A DNA stretch of 64,000 nt. It comes from Halarcobacter sp. GTDB lineage: Bacteria; Campylobacterota; Campylobacteria; Campylobacterales; Arcobacteraceae. The notes under the pieces are model-generated. The model did not search any database. It saw only the letters and a list, made by a program, of their open reading frames with translations, and was not told the DNA's origin. Positions 18,434 to 28,484 of the stretch are shown in pieces. The stretch is taken from positions 1,210,680-1,274,679 of the forward strand of contig NZ_OY781470.1 of the NCBI RefSeq assembly GCF_963676935.1, in the 5' to 3' direction. Position 1 is the first letter of the stretch; each line of letters opens with the position of its first letter. Made by a program: the position numbers and the translations under genes.

Positions 18434-18828
18434 TACTTTTCAGTTGAATCTCTCATTGTCAGTTCAAAAGAGAAACCTTCATAAACCTGCATCATTGATG
18501 AAAGTTCATCAAATGAGATAAATTTGCCATCAATGACAACTCCTCCACTACTAATTGTTCCCTTAGCTTTATCATGTGAAAAGTTGTATGTATCATTTGA
18601 ACTATGTAAATATCTTATTGATAATTGATTTTTTATTTTATTTCTCAAATCTCCAATTGCCCAAGCTGGATTATCATCAGTTGTACATATAGAGAACTCA
18701 TAAAGACTATTTAAGTCTTTCGCTGTTATACATTTACCTACAAATACATCCTTAATTGTAAATTCAAAAGTTCTTTCATTACTTTCAAAATCCAGAAATT
18801 TTTCTTCAAATGGAAATTCAATACTCAT
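18433..18828 (-). CDS. Hypothetical cassette protein
   Basis: 131 aa ORF flanked by attC3 and attC4; AAGGGA RBS. Confidence 0.75.
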   Translation of the reverse strand: MSIEFPFEEKFLDFESNERTFEFTIKDVFVGKCITAKDLNSLYEFSICTTDDNPAWAIGDLRNKIKNQLSIRYLHSSNDTYNFSHDKAKGTISSGGVVIDGKFISFDELSSMMQVYEGFSFELTMRDSTEK

Positions 18829-18850
18829 TTATTATCCCTTCTTGTTTATA

Positions 18851-18909
18851 GTATAACGACCAAGTTGAGTGGCAGGGCTTTTCCCCTTCGCTCAAACGCC
18901 GGGCTATGT
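18851..18909 (-). repeat. attC site 4 (59 bp, GC-rich, R'' variant)
   Basis: Minus strand: ACATAGC ... TTGAGCG/CACTCAA, AGGG/CCCT ... GTTATAC. Confidence 0.78.
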
Positions 18910-18914
18910 ATTTT

Positions 18915-19421
18915 TTATATTTTTATTCTGTATATTTCATGGGTTAAACCATGAAATATTGTATTTTGCAGATAGCTGAAACCACTTCTTTTTGCCACTT
19001 TGACTGAAGGAATGTTTTCTGGCACAGAAAGTATTATGAGAGAGTCAGCCAATTGTTTATCTTTTACATATTCAACACAGCCTTTCACAGCTTCCGTAGC
19101 ATAACCTTTGCCCCAGTATTCATTTAAAAACCTGTAACCTATTTCGGTCTGAACCTCGTTCTCAACTTCCTGTTTCAATAAACCGCAAATACCTAAAAAT
19201 GACTTATCCTGTTTTCTTATAACCGCAAGAAAGCAATACCCATCATCTTGGTATCTCTCCTGAATTTTTTCGTAAAATGCTTTTGTCTCGTCACGATTCA
19301 AAGTCGAAGGAAAGTACTTCATTACTTTCTTGTTTGAAAGTAATGAATATAAGTTTTCTAAATGTTTTTCTGTGATTTTCTCTAAATACAGTCTTTTAGT
19401 ATCAATTATTGGAGGAGTCAT
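18915..19421 (-). CDS. GNAT N-acetyltransferase (RimJ/RimL type), first cassette
   Basis: IDTKRLYL, FLGICGL, EIGYRFLNEYWGKGYATEA, ENIPS..VA...GF. Confidence 0.9.
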   Translation of the reverse strand: MTPPIIDTKRLYLEKITEKHLENLYSLLSNKKVMKYFPSTLNRDETKAFYEKIQERYQDDGYCFLAVIRKQDKSFLGICGLLKQEVENEVQTEIGYRFLNEYWGKGYATEAVKGCVEYVKDKQLADSLIILSVPENIPSVKVAKRSGFSYLQNTIFHGLTHEIYRIKI

Positions 19422-19436
19422 CTTTTCCTTTCAAAG

Positions 19437-19730
19437 GCATAACTATTTATTGAATATACATTATATATAAAACACCCTAAAAATCAACAAATAACATACA
19501 CAATATGTGTCGTATATCAAAATGCCTACAAACACCTTAAATAAGCTATCTTGTAGATATTACTATAAAAAATATTAGAAATAGAGATGGTTTTTAAATA
19601 AATTTTAAGTTTATGATATGCTTTTTATGTATGTTTAATGTGGATATTTAGACGATAACAGCACATAATGTATGTATATTAAGGTTATATCGTAATAAAC
19701 CTGCAATATTTAAGTGTATATAGAATTGAA
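19437..19730 (-). promoter_or_regulatory. Core site G/TTATGC of the first cassette and upstream non-coding region (candidate attI/Pc)
   Basis: GTTATGC at 19443-19437 lies 16 nt before the GNAT ATG; about 290 bp of ORF-free DNA upstream. Confidence 0.5.
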
Positions 19731-19752
19731 CTAAAAGAGAAAACTCTTTTAG
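19731..19752. terminator. Intrinsic terminator-like hairpin
   Basis: CTAAAAGAG-AAAA-CTCTTTTAG perfect 9-bp stem at the end of the upstream gene. Confidence 0.65.
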
Positions 19753-20135
19753 TCTATAAGTGATTTAACAATATTTTCCATTGCAACATTTGCTTGTTCA
19801 TTTGGTGCTTCAAGAAAGTTTACGACAAAACTATCTTCAAGTTCTACTATTCCAATTGATCTTGGGCGTACAGCTAATACTTCAGGTGTTGGTATCTCTT
19901 TACCAAAACAAAATACGATATTTTTAGCTTCTTTAATAGCTGGATTAATATCACCTTTGATATTAACTGTATGGTCATATTGGTTAAAGGTTGCAATATA
20001 AGCAATAATTTCATTAGCATCTATTTTCTTTTTTAATTCATCAATAATCTCATCAACTGTAGAATATTTTAATTCACTTTTAGTAAACTCAATCTCAAAT
20101 ATATGGTATTTTTCTTTAAAAATTTTTTGTTTCAT
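19749..20135 (-). CDS. DUF302-like conserved hypothetical protein
   Basis: FCFGKEIPTPEVLAVRPRSIGIVE; ATG at 20135 behind AAAGGA. Confidence 0.75.
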   Translation of the reverse strand: MKQKIFKEKYHIFEIEFTKSELKYSTVDEIIDELKKKIDANEIIAYIATFNQYDHTVNIKGDINPAIKEAKNIVFCFGKEIPTPEVLAVRPRSIGIVELEDSFVVNFLEAPNEQANVAMENIVKSLID

Positions 20136-20137
20136 TA

Positions 20138-20686
20138 TTATCCTTTCAATGTTATAAATGATTTGATTACACAATCCATACGTTCAGGTATATCTGAAGT
20201 ATCCATTTTCATATAATCTGTTTGAATTTTATATATTAATTTATTTTCTAGTTTAAACTCAAATACTAAATATCCAGCATATAGTTTACATTTAGTACCT
20301 TTTTTACCTGTATCTTCTTTATCATTTTCTAGAATATAGTAATCAATTATAAGTTTGTCATTTTTGTTTATTTGTTCTTTTTGATATTTTTTTAGTACAG
20401 AAAGTAATATCTCATCAGCTTTTTCTACATTTATATAGTTTAAGATTTTTGATTCCATAAAACTTGCTTGTTCTATTCTTGATTTTATAATAAAGTTGCC
20501 ACTCTCAAGAAGTTCAACAGCTTTATTAGAGAGTTTTTTATTCGCAATTTTTTCAAATGTTGTAGTTGTTTTTTGGCATGGAACTCTTTTTTCTTTTTTT
20601 AAAGGATCGTTGTTTTTCTTTGTAATTATTCCATATCCAAAAAAAACTAATACAAGAGCTATTAAAATATAATAAATTTTATTCAT
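20138..20686 (-). CDS. Membrane-anchored hypothetical protein
   Basis: N-terminal hydrophobic helix; 182 aa ORF with RBS. Confidence 0.75.
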   Translation of the reverse strand: MNKIYYILIALVLVFFGYGIITKKNNDPLKKEKRVPCQKTTTTFEKIANKKLSNKAVELLESGNFIIKSRIEQASFMESKILNYINVEKADEILLSVLKKYQKEQINKNDKLIIDYYILENDKEDTGKKGTKCKLYAGYLVFEFKLENKLIYKIQTDYMKMDTSDIPERMDCVIKSFITLKG

Positions 20687-20798
20687 ATCGTTTCCTTATT
20701 AGTTTTAGTTATTAAAATTATAAATTAATGAAATGATAACAGAAGTTTTATTATAAGAAATTTAAATAAAACTATTATAATCTATATTTATAATAGTT

Positions 20799-23675
20799 TT
20801 ATTTTGTACTAACAGTAAGTTTAAAGTTTATCCATTTATTTTTTGAACTTTTTCCCTCTTTTATATCAAGAATTTTAAGTGAATCTTCATCAACATTTTT
20901 TGTTTTAACTAAATATTTTTTAAGTGAGTTAACTCTTTTTTGAGTTAATTCTAATAGTTCTTCTTTTGATACAATTTGTTTATTAGCTAGCAAGTTTTTT
21001 ATTTCTGCAAGATAACTTTCATTATCAAATATCTCTTCTCCCTCTTTATTTTTAGATATAAATAACTCTTTGAATTCTTCTAAGCTCTTTTCAAACTTAT
21101 TATCTATATAAAGTTTTTCCAATGCAAGTTTATATTTATCACCTTTTGAATAATTAGCCATTTGTTTTTTTATAAGTTCATTTACTTTTATAATTTGAAG
21201 AGCATTTTTATCTTCTATTTCATCATATATAGGTTCTATGTTAATAGCAAGTTTATTTTTTTCTTTTAATATTTTTGCAATGGCATCAAGTGATTCTCTT
21301 TCTGAAGCAATAATATCACTATTACCTACCTCAAACTGTACAGTTTTTAGTTTCTCTTCATCTATATCAAATAATGCTCCAAGTAGAGCAAAAGGTGCAG
21401 TAACCGCTTTTAAAATTAAGTTTGTAAATGCTTTCCAAACTATTGGTGCTATTGAAAATTCAGGATCATCTACATTTCCTTTTATGGGTAAATCAATATC
21501 AATAACCCCATTAGAATTTTCTAATAAAGCGATTGCTAATTCTAGTGGTAAATTAACAGCATCAGCACTTTCAACATTTTTTCCTAGTTTTATATCACTT
21601 ATTATAATTGAGTTTGTAGCATCTAAGTCTGATTTTTTTATGTTGTATTTTAAATCAAGATTTAATTTACCTTCATCAATCTCTCTACCAATAAACTTAC
21701 CTGAATATGGGGTAAAGTTTTTAATAGCAATATTTTTAAAAAGAATATTTGTATTTGTAAGAAGTTTTATATCATTTATATCTACAGTACCTGTTATTTT
21801 TGTATAACCATATTTATCAACTTTTCCTTCCAATTTTAATTTAGTAGGTTTTGAACTACTTGAATTAAATCTTGAAAATTGACCATTTAATTCACTTACA
21901 TCTGTTTTAAAGTCAATTGGAAGATTTTGGTCTTCAAAAGTCATTTTCATATTATTGATTTTTACTGGACCAATATCAAAGTTAAAATCACTTTTTTTAG
22001 TAGATTTTATCTCTTTTGGAGTATTTACTTTTAACTTTTCCTCTTTTTTGTTTATCTGTTTTCCCAGTGTAATATTAATATTGGGTTTGTCTATTGAAGA
22101 TTTAACAATTTTTAATTGATTATTTTTTTGAAATATTTTATCTATATTTATATTGATATTTTTTGCTTTAATTGTTTGATTATTCTTTTTATCTACCATT
22201 AATATAGATGGTTCTTTTATTAAAAGTTTTCTAATATCAATTTGGTTTTTTACAAATGAAGTATCCAAGATAGAAATATTTGTTTTTGATGAGTTTAGAT
22301 TTAGTTTATTTTTCTTATCTTTCATTGATAATTTAGAGATTGTTAATTTTGCAAGTGCAAGTTTAATATCATTGTTAATCAACTCTAAATTTTTTGTATC
22401 TAAAGATAGCTTATCTATTTTTATATCATTATTTCCTTGATTAAATATAACCCTTGCATTACTTAATAAACCATTTTCTAAAAGTAACTTATCTTCTTTA
22501 AAATTTAAATTATCAAGTTTAAAGTCAATATTGTTTGTAGCAAGATTTAAACTATTTTTTAAATCATCATAATATAAATTAGAATCTTTTATGGTAAATT
22601 GTTTTAAATCTATAGTAAAAGGTATAGTTTTTTGAGTAGTTTTTCCATTTTCTTTAGTATTTGAGTTATTAGTAGAATTATTTATAAGATTACTAAAATT
22701 AACTTCACCATTTTTATTAATCTTAATATTTGAATTTAACTTATTAAGATTTATAGAACTTATACTAAGAGTGTTTTGTGGATAATCAAAATTTACTTTA
22801 TCAATATTTAGATTCTTTAAACTTACCAATTTATTATTCTCTTTTGTAATATTTAAATTATCTAAATTAAATATAGCATTATCTATCTCAAGATTTAAAT
22901 TTTCTTTTGTATTGATTTTATAACCAAACTTTAGATTTATATTTGCGCTATCATCAATATTGAAATTTAATAAATCACCTTTATATGATAAAAATTGAGT
23001 AGGTTTTAAATCAATAATTTTTGCGTTACCATACATTTCAAAAGGTGAGAGTCTAAGACCACCATTTATAATAATTTTACTGGTGTTATTTATATCTAGC
23101 TGTAGACTATGAGAAGCTAAAATATTTTTAAAAGTCCCCATATCATAAAAAGTATAATTAAAATTGCTAATATTTAACTTATAAGGTTTTTTGTTTTTTT
23201 CTAGTTTTGTAAAATCGATTTTCGCATCTTTTATTATTGTTTTAAAAACTTGAAATTTTATATTAGTACTTGTATCATCTTTCTCTTTTATCTCTTTTTT
23301 TGTAGGTTTAATGATTTTTTCAAGATTAAAACTTCCATCTTCATTTTCAATAATATTTATGTATGGATTTTTTAATTCTAAATTTTTAAAATTTATATGT
23401 TTTTCATCTAAAGAGGTAATAAGTGAGAAATCTATTTCAAGTTTTTCAAGACTAAATGTAGTTGTTTTTTTATCTGAAATTTTTAAATTAAAAGCTGAAA
23501 ATTTAAGTAAAAATGGGTTGAATTCGATTTTTTCAATAGTTGCTTTCTGAGTAATGCTATCATTAATAATTTTTTCTATTTGTGGTTTAGCAATTTTTGG
23601 AATAGCTATGAAACCAATAATAGTATAGATTAAAAGAATGGACGATATTGTTATAAGTAGTTTACTATTTTTCAT
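20799..23675 (-). CDS. DUF748/AsmA-like large periplasmic protein
   Basis: N-terminal anchor, repetitive beta-taco sequence, IDIDLPIKGNVDDPEFS, C-terminal OmpA-like segment. Confidence 0.8.
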   Translation of the reverse strand: MKNSKLLITISSILLIYTIIGFIAIPKIAKPQIEKIINDSITQKATIEKIEFNPFLLKFSAFNLKISDKKTTTFSLEKLEIDFSLITSLDEKHINFKNLELKNPYINIIENEDGSFNLEKIIKPTKKEIKEKDDTSTNIKFQVFKTIIKDAKIDFTKLEKNKKPYKLNISNFNYTFYDMGTFKNILASHSLQLDINNTSKIIINGGLRLSPFEMYGNAKIIDLKPTQFLSYKGDLLNFNIDDSANINLKFGYKINTKENLNLEIDNAIFNLDNLNITKENNKLVSLKNLNIDKVNFDYPQNTLSISSINLNKLNSNIKINKNGEVNFSNLINNSTNNSNTKENGKTTQKTIPFTIDLKQFTIKDSNLYYDDLKNSLNLATNNIDFKLDNLNFKEDKLLLENGLLSNARVIFNQGNNDIKIDKLSLDTKNLELINNDIKLALAKLTISKLSMKDKKNKLNLNSSKTNISILDTSFVKNQIDIRKLLIKEPSILMVDKKNNQTIKAKNININIDKIFQKNNQLKIVKSSIDKPNINITLGKQINKKEEKLKVNTPKEIKSTKKSDFNFDIGPVKINNMKMTFEDQNLPIDFKTDVSELNGQFSRFNSSSSKPTKLKLEGKVDKYGYTKITGTVDINDIKLLTNTNILFKNIAIKNFTPYSGKFIGREIDEGKLNLDLKYNIKKSDLDATNSIIISDIKLGKNVESADAVNLPLELAIALLENSNGVIDIDLPIKGNVDDPEFSIAPIVWKAFTNLILKAVTAPFALLGALFDIDEEKLKTVQFEVGNSDIIASERESLDAIAKILKEKNKLAINIEPIYDEIEDKNALQIIKVNELIKKQMANYSKGDKYKLALEKLYIDNKFEKSLEEFKELFISKNKEGEEIFDNESYLAEIKNLLANKQIVSKEELLELTQKRVNSLKKYLVKTKNVDEDSLKILDIKEGKSSKNKWINFKLTVSTK

Positions 23676-23744
23676 AAGTAATCCTTTTCATATACATATG
23701 ATTATAACACATCAAAGTTAATTATAAATAACAATTTCTGTATA

Positions 23745-24623
23745 TTATTGATTTTTAATAAGCTGTGATTCTATGAAATCTTTAAAGGTAAGAAATAATT
23801 TATTTTTGCTTTTATTTTTATTATAAATAAGATGAAACTCTCTTTTAAAATCAATATTTTTTAGTTTTATTTGAAAAAGTTGTTTAGTTTTTAATTCCTC
23901 TTCTACTGCAACTTTTGATATAGCTGTTATCGTATCTTTATTTTTTATTAAAATCTTTTTTATCTCATCAAATTCATAAAGTTCCATAAATATATTTATA
24001 TCTTTTGCTAAATCTCCTAATTTATTTATAAATATATCTCTCGTACCTGAACCACTCTCTCTTAAGATCCATTTTTTATCTATTGTATCTATAAAACACT
24101 CTTTTGGGGCATTTTTATCACTGGTTACAACAATTAGTTCATCATCTATAAGTTTCTCTTTTACAATATTTGTATTATCAAAAGAGGTTTCTATAAGACC
24201 TATATCTAGTTTACCATTTAGTATTTGCTCTACAATTATAGAAGAGTTAAGAGAGTTTATATCAAGTTTTACATCTTTGTATTTAGATAAAAAAGTGTAA
24301 TAAATATTTGGCATCATATAGTTTGCAATAGTTTTACTTGCAGCTATATTTAGTTTACCAGCAAGTTTGTTTTTTTTGAATATATTTTTTGAATCTGATA
24401 TTGCTATAAAATGTTCATAGGTAAGTTCTTTAAAGTATTTACCTCTTTCATTTAAAATAAGTTTTTTACCAACTCTATCAAATAAACTCTCACCTAATTT
24501 TCCTTCTAAAGATTTTATAGCTAGTGAAATTGCTGACTGACTTATATTTATCTCATTTGCTATTTGACTTACATTTGGATTATCACATAGTTTATAAAAA
24601 AAGTTTAGTTCTTTGAGTGTCAT
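23745..24623 (-). CDS. LysR-family regulator (YeiE/CysL-like)
   Basis: LysR HTH ISQSAISLAIKSLE; WILRESGSGTR; divergent from yeiH. Confidence 0.9.
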   Translation of the reverse strand: MTLKELNFFYKLCDNPNVSQIANEINISQSAISLAIKSLEGKLGESLFDRVGKKLILNERGKYFKELTYEHFIAISDSKNIFKKNKLAGKLNIAASKTIANYMMPNIYYTFLSKYKDVKLDINSLNSSIIVEQILNGKLDIGLIETSFDNTNIVKEKLIDDELIVVTSDKNAPKECFIDTIDKKWILRESGSGTRDIFINKLGDLAKDINIFMELYEFDEIKKILIKNKDTITAISKVAVEEELKTKQLFQIKLKNIDFKREFHLIYNKNKSKNKLFLTFKDFIESQLIKNQ

Positions 24624-24730
24624 AATAGTATCCTTATTAAAAATATTTATTATTATATTAAAAATAATATATTTTACAAATAAAATCCTTAGTGATATAC
24701 TTTGGTTTATAAAAATTTGGAGGATTTATT

Positions 24731-25759
24731 ATGTTTAAAAAAGAGAATAGGAAAGATACATTTAGTGGGATTTTATTTGTTGCATTCTTTGCTTGTGCGG
24801 CTACATTTTTATCAGAGTTTCATATTTTTAAATCTTTGGGTATTAGTCCACTTATTATAGGTATAGTTCTTGGTATGATATATGCTAATACTTTAAGAAA
24901 CAAACTTCCACATCAATGGCATGCTGGGATTGTTTTTTCTACAAAAACTATTCTTAGAACAGGGATTGTTTTATATGGGTTTAGATTGACTTTTCAAAGT
25001 ATAGAAGAGGTTGGTCTAAATGGTATTATTATAAGTTTTTTAATAGTTTCACTAACCTTTATAATTGGGTACATTGTAGGTGTTAAATTTTTAAAACTAG
25101 ATAAAGAAACAACAATCTTAACAAGTGCTGGAAGTTCTATATGTGGAGCAGCAGCTGTACTTGCAACTGAACCGGTGATAAATGCAAAACCATATAAAAG
25201 TGCAATAGCTGTGTCAACTGTTGTGTTGTTTGGAACTATAGCTATGTTTTTATACCCTTTTTTATATAAAGCAGGATTAATACCTTTGGATGAATCTACA
25301 ATGGGAGTTTATATAGGAGCAACTATACATGAAGTAGCACATGTGGTTGCAGCTGGAAATGCTATAGGGAGTGTTGCAAGTTCTGATGCTATAGTTGTTA
25401 AGATGATTAGAGTTATGATGATTGCTCCTTTTTTAATAGTATTATCTATTTGGTTGGCAAAAAGTGCAAAAAATACAACAAGTAATGCAAAAGCTAAGAT
25501 AACTATTCCTTGGTTTGCTGTTTTTTTTATAGTTGTAGTTGGTTTTAATTCATTTGGCCTTTTATCATTAACTACAATAAGCACTATAAATGCAATAGAT
25601 ACTTTTGCTCTTACTATGGCTATGAGTGCATTAGGTATGGAAACAAGTATTGATAAGTTTAAAAATGTAGGAGCAAAACCTATATATTTAGCGTTTATTT
25701 TATTTTTATGGTTAATATTTGGAGGGTTTTATTTAGTAAAGTTTGCTATTACTTTATAA
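24731..25759 (+). CDS. yeiH: YeiH-family membrane protein (UPF0324)
   Basis: LRTGIVLYGFRL, GSSICGAAAV, GATIHEVAHVVAA, VKMIRV. Confidence 0.9.
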   Translation: MFKKENRKDTFSGILFVAFFACAATFLSEFHIFKSLGISPLIIGIVLGMIYANTLRNKLPHQWHAGIVFSTKTILRTGIVLYGFRLTFQSIEEVGLNGIIISFLIVSLTFIIGYIVGVKFLKLDKETTILTSAGSSICGAAAVLATEPVINAKPYKSAIAVSTVVLFGTIAMFLYPFLYKAGLIPLDESTMGVYIGATIHEVAHVVAAGNAIGSVASSDAIVVKMIRVMMIAPFLIVLSIWLAKSAKNTTSNAKAKITIPWFAVFFIVVVGFNSFGLLSLTTISTINAIDTFALTMAMSALGMETSIDKFKNVGAKPIYLAFILFLWLIFGGFYLVKFAITL

Positions 25760-25803
25760 GAAAAGAAGTGATACTATAATCCTTTTTATTATTAGGATTA
25801 TTT

Positions 25804-26607
25804 ATGCTAGGTTTTGAATCAATTTTACTTTATATTTTACTAGGTTGTTTTGTGGGAGTAGCAGCGGGTCTGCTTGGTGTTGGAGGTGGTGGAATTATAG
25901 TACCATCTCTAACTGGTATATTTCTAATGCAAGGAATGGAACAAGAAAATATCATGCATATGGCATTAGGAACTTCCATGGCAACTATCGTTATAACTTC
26001 AGTTTCAAGTTTTAGAGCTCACAATAAAAAAGGTGGCGTTCTTTGGAATGTATTTAAGATGATGGCTCCTGGGATTATAATAGGAACATTTTTGGCTACA
26101 TTTTTAGCTTCAATATTAAGTTCTTTTTATCTTGCTGTATTTTTCTCTATATTTATGGCATACGTTTCTATACAGATGTTTTTAAATAAAAAACCAAAAC
26201 CAAGTAGAAAACTAGCAAGTTCAAAAACTCAATTTAGTGCGGGAACAATAATAGGTGCAATATCAGCTATGGTTTCAATAGGTGGGGGTTCTTTAACTGT
26301 ACCTTATCTTTTATGGCAAAATGTAGAACTTAAAAAAGCAATTGGTACAAGTGCCGCAATAGGTTTTCCAATAGCAGTTAGTGGAACTTTGGGATATATT
26401 ATAAATGGGTGGAGTAATACTGATTTGACACATTATACTTTAGGATTTGTATCTTTACCTGCATTTTTCTTTATAGCAATTTGTAGTTATCTTACAGCAC
26501 CTATTGGTGTAAAGTTAGCACATACTTTACCTGTTGGAATAGTTAAGAAAATATTTGCTTTACTCTTAATCTCATTAAGTCTTAAAATGCTTTTTTCTTT
26601 TATTTAG
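25804..26607 (+). CDS. TauE/SafE-family sulfite exporter
   Basis: GLLGVGGGGIIVP, ALGTS, IGGGSLTVP, AIGTSAA. Confidence 0.9.
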   Translation: MLGFESILLYILLGCFVGVAAGLLGVGGGGIIVPSLTGIFLMQGMEQENIMHMALGTSMATIVITSVSSFRAHNKKGGVLWNVFKMMAPGIIIGTFLATFLASILSSFYLAVFFSIFMAYVSIQMFLNKKPKPSRKLASSKTQFSAGTIIGAISAMVSIGGGSLTVPYLLWQNVELKKAIGTSAAIGFPIAVSGTLGYIINGWSNTDLTHYTLGFVSLPAFFFIAICSYLTAPIGVKLAHTLPVGIVKKIFALLLISLSLKMLFSFI

Positions 26608-26635
26608 GTATAATCGCGTAATTAAAAGGATATAA

Positions 26636-27736
26636 ATGACTATTATAGAATTATTTCAAAAACTATTAAGATTTAAATCAATTACACCTGATGATGATGG
26701 AGCTTTTGATTTTATAGAAGAGTATTTAGGTGATACTTGGAACTGTATTAAAGTTGATATGGAGGGTGTAAAAAATAGATTCTACTATAAAAAATTTAAT
26801 GATAATCCTCAACATTTATGCTTTGCAGGGCATATAGATGTAGTACCCGTTGGAGAAGGTTGGGATATAGATCCCTTTGCAGCTGATATTATAGATGGAG
26901 TAATAACAGCAAGAGGAACACAAGATATGAAAAGTGGAGATGCTGCTTTTCTTTATGCATGTAAACACGCCCAAAATTTTGATGGGACACTAAGTATTCT
27001 TATGACTTCTGATGAAGAGGGAGAAGGAACATATGGAACTATCAAAATGCTTGAACATCTAAAAGAGATAGACTTTATACCACAATACGCAGTAGTAGCT
27101 GAACCAACTTGTGAAGATGTATTTGGAGATGCAATAAAAGTAGGGCGACGTGGAAGTATAAACGGATATATTACAATTAAAGGTAAACAAGGACATGCAG
27201 CGTATCCTGAAAAGTGTATTAATCCTGTACACAATTTTGCTTCAATATTGCCAAAAATAGCTGGACATAATCTAGATGATGGAGATGAATACTTTGCACC
27301 TAGTAAGATGGTTATAACAGATATAAGAGGTGGTATGGAAGTTACAAACGTAACACCAAATGAACTTAAACTGATGTTCAATGTAAGAAACTCTACAAAT
27401 ACAACTAGAGAAAGTGTAGAAGAGTTTATACATGAAAAACTAAAAGGTTTAGAATATGACTTTAGAACTACACAAGGCTCTTTCCCTTTTGTAACTAACA
27501 AAGAATCAAAAGTAGTAAAGGCTATGGAAAATTCAATAGAAAAAATACTAAATGTAAAAACAAAACACTCAACGCACGGTGGAACTTCTGATGCTAGATA
27601 TTTTGGAGCATTTGGTATAGAAGCTATAGAGTTTGGAGTTATAAACGATACTATTCATAGTGTAGGGGAGAGAACTACAGTTAAAGAAGTAGAAGGTCTA
27701 GGAAAAGTTTACGAAGACTTGATTAAAAACTTCTAG
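26636..27736 (+). CDS. dapE: Succinyl-diaminopimelate desuccinylase
   Basis: FAGHIDVVP, GTQDMK, SDEEG, GRRGS, GHAAYP, GGTSDARY. Confidence 0.95.
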   Translation: MTIIELFQKLLRFKSITPDDDGAFDFIEEYLGDTWNCIKVDMEGVKNRFYYKKFNDNPQHLCFAGHIDVVPVGEGWDIDPFAADIIDGVITARGTQDMKSGDAAFLYACKHAQNFDGTLSILMTSDEEGEGTYGTIKMLEHLKEIDFIPQYAVVAEPTCEDVFGDAIKVGRRGSINGYITIKGKQGHAAYPEKCINPVHNFASILPKIAGHNLDDGDEYFAPSKMVITDIRGGMEVTNVTPNELKLMFNVRNSTNTTRESVEEFIHEKLKGLEYDFRTTQGSFPFVTNKESKVVKAMENSIEKILNVKTKHSTHGGTSDARYFGAFGIEAIEFGVINDTIHSVGERTTVKEVEGLGKVYEDLIKNF

Positions 27737-27746
27737 AAAGGAAAAG

Positions 27747-28484
27747 ATGGATTTTAGAAGTAACCTATATCTGATTTTTGAAAAACCTACTAAACATAGG
27801 TTTGGAGTATTTTTTCAAGTTTTGATATATCTAAATATACTTATTAGTATAACAGTGATGTTTCTAGAAACAGAAAAAACATTAAGTGAGTATTTTACAC
27901 TTTTTGAAAAAATCAATATGGTTAATATCTTTTTATTTACTATAGAGTATATACTAAGACTATATTCAAGAAAGAATAAAAGAATAAAATATATGTTTAC
28001 ACCTTTTATGATTATAGACTTAGTAGTACTTTTACCTTTTTATTTGACAATCTTCAATATAGACTTAGGTTTCTTAAGAGGTCTTAGAGTAATAAGAATC
28101 TTTAAATTATTTAGGCTAGCAAAGTTCAATGAGTTTGATAAACTAATAATAGATATCTTCAAAGAAAAAAAAGAGGAATTTTTATATATAGTAATAGCTA
28201 TATTTGTATTACTCTTTACACTAACACCTTTAGTTTATTATGTAGAATCAAAAGCACAACCTGAAGTATTTAGTAGTATGTCTACAACTTTATGGTGGGC
28301 AGTTACTACTTTTACAACTGTAGGGTATGGAGATATGTATCCTATTACTACTATGGGAAGAATACTTACAACCTTTGTTAGTGCATTAGGTATTGCTTTT
28401 TATGCTATTCCTGGAAGTATCTTTACAAGTAGTCTTTTAGATAAGATAAATGAGAAAAGAAAGAAAAAACAAGATGAGCAATAA
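27747..28484 (+). CDS. Voltage-gated potassium channel / ion transporter
   Basis: S4-like LRGLRVIRIFKLFRL; filter TTVGYGD. Confidence 0.9.
   Translation: MDFRSNLYLIFEKPTKHRFGVFFQVLIYLNILISITVMFLETEKTLSEYFTLFEKINMVNIFLFTIEYILRLYSRKNKRIKYMFTPFMIIDLVVLLPFYLTIFNIDLGFLRGLRVIRIFKLFRLAKFNEFDKLIIDIFKEKKEEFLYIVIAIFVLLFTLTPLVYYVESKAQPEVFSSMSTTLWWAVTTFTTVGYGDMYPITTMGRILTTFVSALGIAFYAIPGSIFTSSLLDKINEKRKKKQDEQ

Larger units (their letters stand above)
14816..19443 (-). mobile_element. Integron gene-cassette array without integrase in the window (CALIN-like)
   Basis: Co-oriented minus-strand ORFs, each unit ending at an imperfect palindrome bounded by RYYYAAC-like and GTTRRRY-like heptamers. Confidence 0.85.
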
